Of a DNA stretch of 64,000 nt, positions 1-8,095 are shown piece after piece. The stretch lies in NCBI GenBank assembly GCA_963744995.1, contig CAVUWA010000010.1, positions 352,001-416,000 on the forward strand. Reading direction: 5' to 3'. The notes under the pieces are model-generated. The model did not search any database. It saw only the letters and a list, made by a program, of their open reading frames with translations, and was not told where the DNA came from. Origin of the DNA: Candidatus Eiseniibacteriota bacterium. GTDB lineage: Bacteria; Eisenbacteria; RBG-16-71-46. Both the position numbers and the translations under genes were made by a program. Each line of letters starts with the position of its first letter. Within the stretch, counting starts at the first letter, position 1.

Positions 1-188
1 CACGCCAGCGGCACGGCGCCGGCCGCGATCAGCACGAACGCGAGCGGCAGCAGCGCGACGATCGGCGTGAGCGCCTGCAGCCGGGCGCCGCGCGCGGCGT
101 CCTGAACCAGCAGCATGCCGGCGCAGGCGAGCGCGAGCGCCGTGGCGCCGGCGCTGTAGACGAGCGAGTGGGCCGGCAGGGCGTTCAC
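1..188 (-). CDS. Hydrophobic membrane protein, N-terminal part only (runs off the window edge)
   Basis: GTG at 188 overlaps the upstream TGA (GTGA). Translates MNALPAHSLVYSAGATALALACAGMLLVQD...LLPLAFVLIAAGAVPLA, open to position 1. Not in the ORF track. Confidence 0.7.
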   Translation of the reverse strand, partial: MNALPAHSLVYSAGATALALACAGMLLVQDAARGARLQALTPIVALLPLAFVLIAAGAVPLA

Positions 189-1618
189 TGGAGGAGCGGC
201 AGCACGAGGGCCAGCAGGCTCAGGCCGATCAGGAACAGCAGGTACTCCTGCGCATCCCCGGTATGGAGATCGTGGAGCGGCGAGAACAGCGTGACGCCGG
301 CGCGCTGCAGCCAGCCCACTGCGCCGCGCTCGAGCCCGGTGAACCAGCGGAACAGCAGGCGCGCGCCGCCGCGCAGGCGCTCGGACACCGCCTCGAGCGC
401 GGCGAGCCGGGCGCCCGCCGCGACACGCTCGGGCGACTGCGCCGGATCCACCATGACCCCCGGCGCGCCGGCGGTGATCCCGGCGTGCTGGCGGCGCCAG
501 CGCAGCACGACCAGCGCCGCAGCGCCGGTGGCCACCGAAGGCAGCAGCGCGAGCAGCGCCGGCGCCGGCGCCGCGCGGAATCCCAGCCACGAGGCCGTCA
601 GCAGCGCGGAGGGACCGATCAGCGTGGTGAGGACGGCCATCACGTGGCCAAGCGTCACCGGCGGGCCCGGCCGCACCAGCAGTCTGCGCTCGGGCGCCTC
701 CTCGAGCCGGCTCACGATCACCCACGCGGTGATCACGACCGGAAACGCCGCGGCGAGGGTGAGCCACGGCGGCGCATGCAGGTCGCCGGCGAGCCCGATC
801 AGGATCGGCCACGACAGCGACGTCGATGACACCCAGCCCGCCGTGCGCCAGAGCGTGCTGATGAACGGTCCGCGCCGCGGCGCAGCGCTGCGCAGCTCGC
901 TGGCGAGCAGGAACGTGCGCCCGCCGCAGGCGCCGAGCCACAGGAGCATCGCCACCTCGGGCGCCACTACGCGCGCCGCGACGAGCAGCGCGGCGAGCGC
1001 GCTGTCCGAGATCAGCAGCCAGCGCAGGCTCACCAGCCACTGCAGCCGTCCGAACGCGCGCAGCGCGGCGAGGATCGCGGTGGTCAGCAGCAGCACCGAC
1101 GTCAGCTCGCGGACCCGCGCCACACCGAGCCACACCGCCGGATGCCGCCACAGCAGGACGAAGCCGGCAGCCGGCAGGATCGCCGGGAGCCACGGCCGGA
1201 TCGCCAGCAGCGGGCCCGGCAGATCCGAGTAGGGCCGCGCGAGCGGCAGCGCGGCGAGCAGTTCGAGCCCGGCCCACGCCACCGCGCCCGCCTGCAGCCA
1301 GCGCAGCAGCTCGACCGCGCTGCCGCGACCGCTGCCGAAGCCGAGCAGCTCGGGCAGCAGGATCTCGATCGCCGCGGCCAGCCACAGCGCCTGCGCGGGG
1401 CGGCGCAGCCACGCCCAGCGCGTGACCTGCTCGCGCGCATTCTCGGTCGCGCGCGCCCACACCCAGAACGCGGCCGCCAGCATCTCGGCGCCGAGCGCGG
1501 CGATGATCAGCGACGGGACCCAGAGCAGCACGAGTCCCACGGCGCACAGGACGCCGCCCACGACGCGCGCGTTCGGGCGCGCGCGGGTCAGGAAGTCAGT
1601 CGCGGAGATCGTGTGCAT
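185..1618 (-). CDS. Multi-pass membrane protein, divergent proton-antiporter-like (NuoL/NuoM/MrpD/HyfB-like) subunit
   Basis: About 477 aa with many TM segments. C-terminus LHDLHTGDAQEYLLFLIG resembles antiporter-like subunit tails; TTAILAALRAF...LISDSALA resembles the core pattern. Start placed at MHTISAT. Confidence 0.55.
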   Translation of the reverse strand: MHTISATDFLTRARPNARVVGGVLCAVGLVLLWVPSLIIAALGAEMLAAAFWVWARATENAREQVTRWAWLRRPAQALWLAAAIEILLPELLGFGSGRGSAVELLRWLQAGAVAWAGLELLAALPLARPYSDLPGPLLAIRPWLPAILPAAGFVLLWRHPAVWLGVARVRELTSVLLLTTAILAALRAFGRLQWLVSLRWLLISDSALAALLVAARVVAPEVAMLLWLGACGGRTFLLASELRSAAPRRGPFISTLWRTAGWVSSTSLSWPILIGLAGDLHAPPWLTLAAAFPVVITAWVIVSRLEEAPERRLLVRPGPPVTLGHVMAVLTTLIGPSALLTASWLGFRAAPAPALLALLPSVATGAAALVVLRWRRQHAGITAGAPGVMVDPAQSPERVAAGARLAALEAVSERLRGGARLLFRWFTGLERGAVGWLQRAGVTLFSPLHDLHTGDAQEYLLFLIGLSLLALVLPLLQ

Positions 1619-2246
1619 CGCTGATCCATGCGCTGCCGACGACGTTCGCCCGCCCGCGCGCCACGCGCACCAGCAGCGCGATCGAAATGCCCGTCGCCAC
1701 CACGACCCAGCCACGCCCCGTGAGCGCGTCCGGCAGTTCGGCGCCGCGCGCCGCGCCGTGCAGCATCTGCAGCCCGAGCCCCATCGCGGCGAAGCCGATC
1801 AGCGCGCGCTGGGCATGGCGGCGCACCATGAGGTGCAGGAGGCCGATGCCGAGGACCAGCAGCCCCCACGAAGCGCGGCGCCCGTCCTCGGGAGCGAGAT
1901 CCTGCCGCGCCACGCCGGCGATCAGCAGGGCCAGCAATGCGACCCCGACCCCGAAGCCCACGAGCCCCGGCTCGGCGCCGCCCGAAGGCCGCGGCGCGGA
2001 CTCACGCCCGGCCGCCCGCGCGCCGGCCTGCCAGGCCACGAACAACCACAGCAGCGTCCACGCGAGGACCAGCGACGGTGGTCCGAGCTCGGGAATGAAC
2101 GGCATCGCCATCGCGACGAGCGCGGTCGCGGGTCGCGCCACGAAGCGGCCCGGCACGAACAGCGTGAGCATGAGCAGCGCCACGGGCGCGAGCAGGCGCG
2201 CGGCATCCAGCGCCTGCAGTTCCGTCCACGTATCGGTGAAATGCAC
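1596..2246 (-). CDS. Membrane protein with a C-terminal NuoK/MnhC/HyfE-like domain
   Basis: C-terminal half GLLVLGIGLLHLMVRRHAQRALIG...ALLVRVARGR...ISDAHDLRD follows the NuoK/HyfE pattern. Start uncertain (GTG 2246 with AGGGGG upstream, or GTG 2309). Confidence 0.55.
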   Translation of the reverse strand: MHFTDTWTELQALDAARLLAPVALLMLTLFVPGRFVARPATALVAMAMPFIPELGPPSLVLAWTLLWLFVAWQAGARAAGRESAPRPSGGAEPGLVGFGVGVALLALLIAGVARQDLAPEDGRRASWGLLVLGIGLLHLMVRRHAQRALIGFAAMGLGLQMLHGAARGAELPDALTGRGWVVVATGISIALLVRVARGRANVVGSAWISDAHDLRD

Positions 2247-2324
2247 GCTCTGGCGGGCCCCCTGAAGGGATCGGACGACGAAGCTGCGACGCCGCGACCG
2301 CGGCGTCACGGACTTCCGCGGGTC

Positions 2325-2792
2325 TCAGGGAATGAGCGCGGCTTCCGCGGCCTGGATGACCGACAGGAAGGCCTCGGGGCTTTCGGCCGCGAGCAGGTCG
2401 CGCCGCACCGACTCCTCCTTGAGCAGCCGCGAGATGTTGGCGAGCACCCGGACGTGCTCGTTGGCGCGATGATCCGGCGAGACGAACAGCACGAACAGGT
2501 ACGTCGGTTCACCGTCGTCGGAACCGAAGTCCATGCCCTGCGGGCAGACCGCACACACGGCGGCCATGCGGTCCACCGCCTGGGCCTTGCCGTGCGGGAT
2601 CGCGACGCCGAAGCCGATCGCGGTGGACATCATGTCCTCGCGCCGGCGGACGCGTTCGAGAATCTCGCCGCCGCTGTCGAAGCCATGGGCCTGCTCGAGC
2701 AGCTCGACCAGCACGGCCAGCACCTCGGGCTTCGGGCCGGGTTCGAGCGACAGCAGAACGGCGGACGGATTGAGCAATTCGGAAAGGCGCAT
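2325..2792 (-). CDS. Stand-alone PTS EIIA (Ntr/fructose-type) protein
   Basis: 155 aa; RREDMMSTAIGFGVAIPHG phospho-His motif; HVRVLANISRLL C-terminal motif. Confidence 0.9.
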   Translation of the reverse strand: MRLSELLNPSAVLLSLEPGPKPEVLAVLVELLEQAHGFDSGGEILERVRRREDMMSTAIGFGVAIPHGKAQAVDRMAAVCAVCPQGMDFGSDDGEPTYLFVLFVSPDHRANEHVRVLANISRLLKEESVRRDLLAAESPEAFLSVIQAAEAALIP

Positions 2793-2839
2793 GCGAGGTG
2801 GGCTCCAGTGCAGCAATTCTAGTCGTGGCAACGAGTTGT

Positions 2840-2868
2840 AGCCTATGGACGGGGCCGTTGGGTGTCAA
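2840..2868 (-). promoter_or_regulatory. Sigma70-type promoter for the PTS IIA / membrane-protein cluster
   Basis: Minus strand TTGACA-N17-TAGGCT. Confidence 0.65.
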
Positions 2869-2978
2869 GCCATTTCACCGGGCCCCGTCACCCTGCCGGT
2901 GCCTGCCGCGTATCGGGTGGACATCGCCCGCGGCGCTCTCCACAATCGGCGCCGACCGAGGCCGAGAGGAGTCCCGCC

Positions 2979-3611
2979 GTGATCCGTTCCTTCGCGCTCA
3001 GCGTGGCCGCGCTGCTCGTGACCGCCAGCCTGGCGTTCGCCGAACCGAATCTGATCCTCACCTACCCGGACGGGGTCCCGCGCGTCCAGATCGCGGGGGA
3101 CTACGCGCACACCACGTACACGGTCATGCGCGCCACCGGCGACCAGGGGGCCTGGGCCGCGATCTCGCAGTACGACATCCTCTGCCTCGGCACCTGTTTT
3201 GCCGACGACGTCACCGCGCTGCCCGGGGTGGCCTATCGCTACCGCTTCGACCTCGTGCTGCCGGACGGCGCGCTGGTTTCCTACGGCCCCTACCGCGTCA
3301 CGTACTCGGCGTCGGTGCTGCAACTGGCCCGGGCGCGCGTCTACCCGAATCCCGCCACCGGGCCCGCGACGGTCGAACTCAGGCTCGCCGGCGCCGCGGC
3401 ACAGCCCGGGGTCCAGGTCGATGCGGCACTGTTCGACGCGCAGGGCCGCCGGGTCCGCGCGCTGTATCGCGGCACCCTGCCGCGCGGCATCACCTCGCTC
3501 GCATGGGACGGCAAGGATGACAGCGGCCGTTCGCTCGGCGCCGGCGTCTACTTCCTGCGTTTCTCGACGCCGCTCGGCCGCAGCGTGACACGGGTGCTGC
3601 GCACGCAGTAG
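2979..3611 (+). CDS. Small secreted protein with FlgD-Ig/T9SS-like C-terminal domain
   Basis: GAGAGGA RBS then GTG; signal peptide ending AFA; C-terminus VYPNP...WDGKDDSGRSLGAGVYFLR. Confidence 0.85.
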   Translation: MIRSFALSVAALLVTASLAFAEPNLILTYPDGVPRVQIAGDYAHTTYTVMRATGDQGAWAAISQYDILCLGTCFADDVTALPGVAYRYRFDLVLPDGALVSYGPYRVTYSASVLQLARARVYPNPATGPATVELRLAGAAAQPGVQVDAALFDAQGRRVRALYRGTLPRGITSLAWDGKDDSGRSLGAGVYFLRFSTPLGRSVTRVLRTQ

Positions 3612-3845
3612 ATCTGCGCGAAATCACCCACGCGCGCCTGGAGCGGTACGGCGCGCGACGTTCCCGCTCGAGCGCCTGCCGCAGCGCCCCCCGGCGACGC
3701 GGCTCCGCCCGGCCCCTGTGCTAGACTTTTTTGCGTCCTGACGCCGGGATTTCACTTCCCCCAGCGCATCGCATCTTCGACTCCGGGATCCCCATCGCTT
3801 GAAGGACACGAGCCGGGCGCGCCCGTCCATCGATCGGCGGCGGCC

Positions 3846-5153
3846 ATGAAGCAGAAGAGCATCGACTTTCGCGAACTGCTCGAGCGCATCCTGCCGCTCG
3901 ACGAGCTGATGCCCGCCGACCGCGCCGACGTCCGCCGCGCGCTCGAAAGCGGGGTCACGGCCGAGCTCGAGTCCGCCGCCATGTTCGCCCTCTCCCGGCT
4001 CGAGCAGCGCGGCGCCCTGCGCCGGATCGCCGCGACGGGAGATGCACCCGCCCTGCGCTACGAGCGCGTCGGCGCGCTCGGCATGATCACGGTCCCGCTG
4101 CCGCCGGGGCCCGTCGATGGCGTCGTGCGCCACCATCGGGCGGCGCTGCCGGCCCAGGCGCGGGCGACGCTCGACCAGGTGCGGCGGCTGCTCGACATGG
4201 ACGATCAGCTGCTGTTCTCCGATCCGCGCCGCGGCGACGTGCGCCGCGCGCTGGCGACGTGGCTCACGCAGGCGGGGCGCGAGTTCCTGCGCGGCAGCCG
4301 GGTGTCGTTCGTCGGAGAGGGCGAACCCGATGCGACGCGGCGCTTCGACGCCGCGCTGTTCGAGCGCGCCGCCGGCGATCCGGACGCGATCCTCTACTGC
4401 GCCGACACCGCACGGGTGCCTTCGCTCGCCGCGGCCGGGCGTGCGCGCGGCGTCGGCTCGATCGCGATCGCGGCGGTCAAGCACCCGGGGGAGCCCTGTT
4501 TCGGCTGCATCGAGGCCACGCGGGCGGACCGCGACGGGTTCAGCACCGAGGATCTCGCCTTCATCGCCCTGCTCGCCGACTACTCGAGCGGCGTGCTGGA
4601 GCGTGCCGACCGGATCGAGAAGCTGATGTTCATGGATCCGATGACCTCGGTCTACAACCGCTCCTACTTCGAGCTGCAGCTGCAGAACGAAATGGCGCGC
4701 GCGCGCCGCGAGGCCTCGTCGCTCGCGCTCGCCATCGTCGACATCGACAACTTCAAGTCGTTCAACACCGCGTACGGCTACGAGGCGGGCAACGAGGTGC
4801 TGACCGGCGTCGCGCGTGCGCTGCGCACGGGGGTGCGTCCGTTCGACACGGTGTCGCGCTGGGGCGGCGAGGAATTCGGCGTGCTGCTGACCGCGCCGGT
4901 GCACGCCGAAGACGCGCGCGCGATCTGCGAGCGCCTGCGCGCCATGGTCGGGCGCCTGGACCTGAGCGTCACCGGTCTCGACCGGGTGCGGCACGCCGTC
5001 CAGGTGACCGTCAGCATGGGCGTCGCGATGTTCCCGGGCGACGGCGACTCGCCGGAGGACCTGTGGCGCTCGGCGAATCAGGCGCTGCTGGTGGCGAAAC
5101 AGCCGCCCAAGAACCAGGTCGTGTTCTTCGGCGCGATCCCCGGCCGCAGCTGA
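3846..5153 (+). CDS. GAF-GGDEF diguanylate cyclase
   Basis: DPMTSVYNR, DIDNFKSFNTAYG and RxxD I-site (RPFD) five residues before GGEEF; GAF-like region upstream. Confidence 0.9.
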   Translation: MKQKSIDFRELLERILPLDELMPADRADVRRALESGVTAELESAAMFALSRLEQRGALRRIAATGDAPALRYERVGALGMITVPLPPGPVDGVVRHHRAALPAQARATLDQVRRLLDMDDQLLFSDPRRGDVRRALATWLTQAGREFLRGSRVSFVGEGEPDATRRFDAALFERAAGDPDAILYCADTARVPSLAAAGRARGVGSIAIAAVKHPGEPCFGCIEATRADRDGFSTEDLAFIALLADYSSGVLERADRIEKLMFMDPMTSVYNRSYFELQLQNEMARARREASSLALAIVDIDNFKSFNTAYGYEAGNEVLTGVARALRTGVRPFDTVSRWGGEEFGVLLTAPVHAEDARAICERLRAMVGRLDLSVTGLDRVRHAVQVTVSMGVAMFPGDGDSPEDLWRSANQALLVAKQPPKNQVVFFGAIPGRS

Positions 5154-5174
5154 CGCGGCACGGGCCGCGCCGGC

Positions 5175-6431
5175 TCAGGCGGCGGGCTCGGCCCCCGGGA
5201 AACGCATGCGCTTCTCGGTTCCGGTCGCCAGCACCCCCGCGGCGAGGATCAGCGCCAGCGGCCGCACCGGCTCGAAATAGCGCGAACGCGCATACACCAG
5301 CGAGCCGACGGCGGCGTTGATCGCGAGCGCGATGAGGAAGATCCGCGCCATGCGCCGCGTCGGACCGCGTTCGGGCCCGCCGCGGAACCCGGCCATGACG
5401 GCGAGCGTGTAGACGCCGATCAGCGCGGCGAAGAACCCGATTCGGAGCCATGGGCGGTCGGTGGTCTCGAGTGGCAGGAAGACCAGCCGCCAGAACCGCT
5501 TCGCGCCGATCACCACGCTGCCGATCGGATCCCTGCGCCAGTTCTGCAGGCCCGCGCGCAGCAGCGCGCGGTCCGTCTCGAGCGGATCGAGCGGGTGACC
5601 GAGCCGTGCGGCCTCGCGATCCAGCACGCGAGCGCGCAGCACGGTCCACTTCACCGGATCCCAGCGCCCGTCGGTGTCCGGCGTAGTGCCCATGTAGAAG
5701 TGCTCGCCGCCGCCGGTCGAGACCGGCACGAAGCCGTGGAAGACGATCGCGTTGCGGATCGTCCACGGCGCGAGCGCGAGCACCAGACCGAGCGCCGTGG
5801 CCCACAGGTGCCAGCGGCCGCGCCGTGCCGCGACCGGTTCGATGAGGAACCAGCCGATCAGCAGCCCGCCCGCCGGCACCAGCCCCGTGGGCCGTACCAG
5901 CGAGGCCAGCCCCGCCACGACCCCGAACGCGAATGCGATGCCGGGTCGCGGGCGTTTCGTGAATGCCACGAACACCGCGATGCTCGCGGTGACCATCAGG
6001 GTGTAGAGCGGCTCGGTCTGCATGAAGCGGCTCTCGTTGAAGAACGGCGGCCAGAACAGCAGCGTCACGAAAGCGGCCAGCGTCGCAAACGAGGTGCCGA
6101 AGATCTGCCACGCAACCCAGGCGCCGAGCAGCGCCGTGCCCGTGTCACACAGCCCCTGGAACGTACTCACGGCGCGGCGGCTGTGGCCGGCCACCTGGTA
6201 GATCCCGGCGAGCGCCATCGGCCAGCCCGGCGGTTTCCACACCCACGGCGCGTCCTTGTACGAGTAGCCCTCGCCGTCGAGGAGGTTGCGGGCGATGCTG
6301 TCGTAGATCGGCTCGTCCCCCGACAGCGGCTCTGCGGGGGTGATCACCGTGAGCAACGCCGCGAGCCGGATGATCGCGAGCAGCCCGATCACGACCCAGA
6401 GCGCGGGCGCGAGGCGCGGGCGGCCGCTCAT
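5175..6431 (-). CDS. GT-C fold glycosyltransferase (ArnT/PMT, GT39/GT83-like)
   Basis: Multi-TM; GDE-x-x-Y, KPPGWP, TEPLY, LVRP, PWTIRN and SRYFEP motifs. Start at MSGRPRL. Confidence 0.8.
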   Translation of the reverse strand: MSGRPRLAPALWVVIGLLAIIRLAALLTVITPAEPLSGDEPIYDSIARNLLDGEGYSYKDAPWVWKPPGWPMALAGIYQVAGHSRRAVSTFQGLCDTGTALLGAWVAWQIFGTSFATLAAFVTLLFWPPFFNESRFMQTEPLYTLMVTASIAVFVAFTKRPRPGIAFAFGVVAGLASLVRPTGLVPAGGLLIGWFLIEPVAARRGRWHLWATALGLVLALAPWTIRNAIVFHGFVPVSTGGGEHFYMGTTPDTDGRWDPVKWTVLRARVLDREAARLGHPLDPLETDRALLRAGLQNWRRDPIGSVVIGAKRFWRLVFLPLETTDRPWLRIGFFAALIGVYTLAVMAGFRGGPERGPTRRMARIFLIALAINAAVGSLVYARSRYFEPVRPLALILAAGVLATGTEKRMRFPGAEPAA

Positions 6432-6715
6432 CCCGGGAACGCGGGCGCCGCGGCGCGCCGAACGGCGCGGGCGGAGCACGGCGGGACGGGCCCGCACGGG
6501 GAGAACGAGGGGGGCGCGATCACGGCGCTGGATTCTGGACTCGGTGAGGCATTCCGTCCAGTGGCTGCTGGATGCGGGACGCGGCGGCTCGCCCGCACCC
6601 GGCGTCCGGCGCCGCAGCGGCCGCTCCGGCGGGGCACGGGTCCGCGGCGCGACCAATCGTGTAGATTGGGACGAGGCTTCGCGATCCGCCGCACATCCTC
6701 GACCCGGAAGACTCC

Positions 6716-8074
6716 ATGCGCGCGTTCATCCATCGCATCGCATACTACGCCGCCCAGCGCTGGCGGGGCGAACCCGTGGACCGGGTGCTGCGCGAGCTCG
6801 AGCGCTCGGCCACCTGGCCGGCCGAGCGCCTGCGCGAGCTGCAATGGCGGCGCATGCAGCGCCTGCTGCGGCACGCGTGCGACACCGTGCCGTTCTACCG
6901 CGAGCGCTTCGGACGCGCCGGAATCGCGCCTGAGGCGATCCGCAGCCGTTCGGACTGGGCGCAGCTTCCGGTGCTCAAGAAGCACGACCTCCAGGAACAT
7001 GCCGCGGCCCTGCACGCCTCGCGCGCTCCGCGGGGGCTGGTCGCCATGACGTCCGGTTCGTCGGGCACGCCCGTGGCCGTGGATCGCAGCCATCTCTCGT
7101 GGGCGCACGCGCACGCGAACGTGTTCCGCGCGTGGCGCTGGTGGGGTGTCGAGTGCGGCGAGCGGCACGTCTACTTCTGGGGCGTGCCGCTGGATCCGGG
7201 CGCCCGGCGCACCGCCGCGCGCAAGGACGCGTTCTTCAATCGCGTGCGCTGTTCGGCGTTCACGCTCGACGCGCCCCGGGCGCGCGCGTTGCACGCGCGG
7301 CTCTCCCGGGATCGTACGCGCTTCGCGCTGGGCTACGCCTCGGCGCTCACGCAATTCGCCGACGAGGTCCGGATCCAGGGCCTCGACGGCCGCGCGCTCG
7401 GCTGGAAGGCGGTGTTCTCGACGGCGGAGGTCCTGCGCGAGACCCAGCGCGAACGGATCACCGAGGTGTTCGGCTGTCCCGTGGTCGACGGCTACGGGTG
7501 TGCCGAAATCGGCGTCGCCGGCTACGAGCATCCGGAGGGCGGCCTGCGTGTCCCGGTGGAGTCCGTGGTCGTGGACTACGAGCGCACGGACGAGGGCACG
7601 TGGGCCGTGCTGCTCACCGACCTGCACAACGACCGGATGCCGGTGATCCGCTACCGCGTCGGCGACCTGGTCGAGCCGCCCGGCGATCCGGAGGCCGCCG
7701 GCTTCTGGCCGCGGCCCGCCGGTTCGAAGTGTGCGCTGCCGGTGCTCGGATCGCTGCAGGGCCGCGCCGGCGACACGCTCGAGCTGCCTGACGGGCGCCG
7801 CCTCAACGCGAACCAGCCCTCGTACATCTTCAAGTCCCACGGTCGCGAGGGCCGGGTGCGCGAGTACCAGTTCGTGCAGTTCCCGGAGGGACGCATCGAG
7901 CTGCGCATCGTGCCCGGGCCCGCGTGGGACGCCTCGTGGGGCCCGCGGCTGCGCGCGGAGGTCCAACAGGTGCTCGGCGCCGTCGTTGAGCTGCGCGAGA
8001 TGCCGCGCCTGGAGCGTCGCGGGCGCGGCAAACACCGCGACTTCGTGCGCGCGGAGGACCTCGGCGAAGCCTGA
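6716..8074 (+). CDS. Phenylacetate-CoA ligase family / CapK-like AMP-binding enzyme
   Basis: VPFYR, TSGSSGTP P-loop, YGCAE, TDLHN..MPVIRYRVGD, GRAGD. Confidence 0.85.
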   Translation: MRAFIHRIAYYAAQRWRGEPVDRVLRELERSATWPAERLRELQWRRMQRLLRHACDTVPFYRERFGRAGIAPEAIRSRSDWAQLPVLKKHDLQEHAAALHASRAPRGLVAMTSGSSGTPVAVDRSHLSWAHAHANVFRAWRWWGVECGERHVYFWGVPLDPGARRTAARKDAFFNRVRCSAFTLDAPRARALHARLSRDRTRFALGYASALTQFADEVRIQGLDGRALGWKAVFSTAEVLRETQRERITEVFGCPVVDGYGCAEIGVAGYEHPEGGLRVPVESVVVDYERTDEGTWAVLLTDLHNDRMPVIRYRVGDLVEPPGDPEAAGFWPRPAGSKCALPVLGSLQGRAGDTLELPDGRRLNANQPSYIFKSHGREGRVREYQFVQFPEGRIELRIVPGPAWDASWGPRLRAEVQQVLGAVVELREMPRLERRGRGKHRDFVRAEDLGEA

Positions 8075-8095
8075 CGCGACAGCGGCCGCCGCCCG

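Noticed and set aside
6432..6715. Small gene between the GT-C and CapK-like genes
   Set aside because: No frame with a convincing RBS, codon bias or motif; more likely a divergent promoter region.
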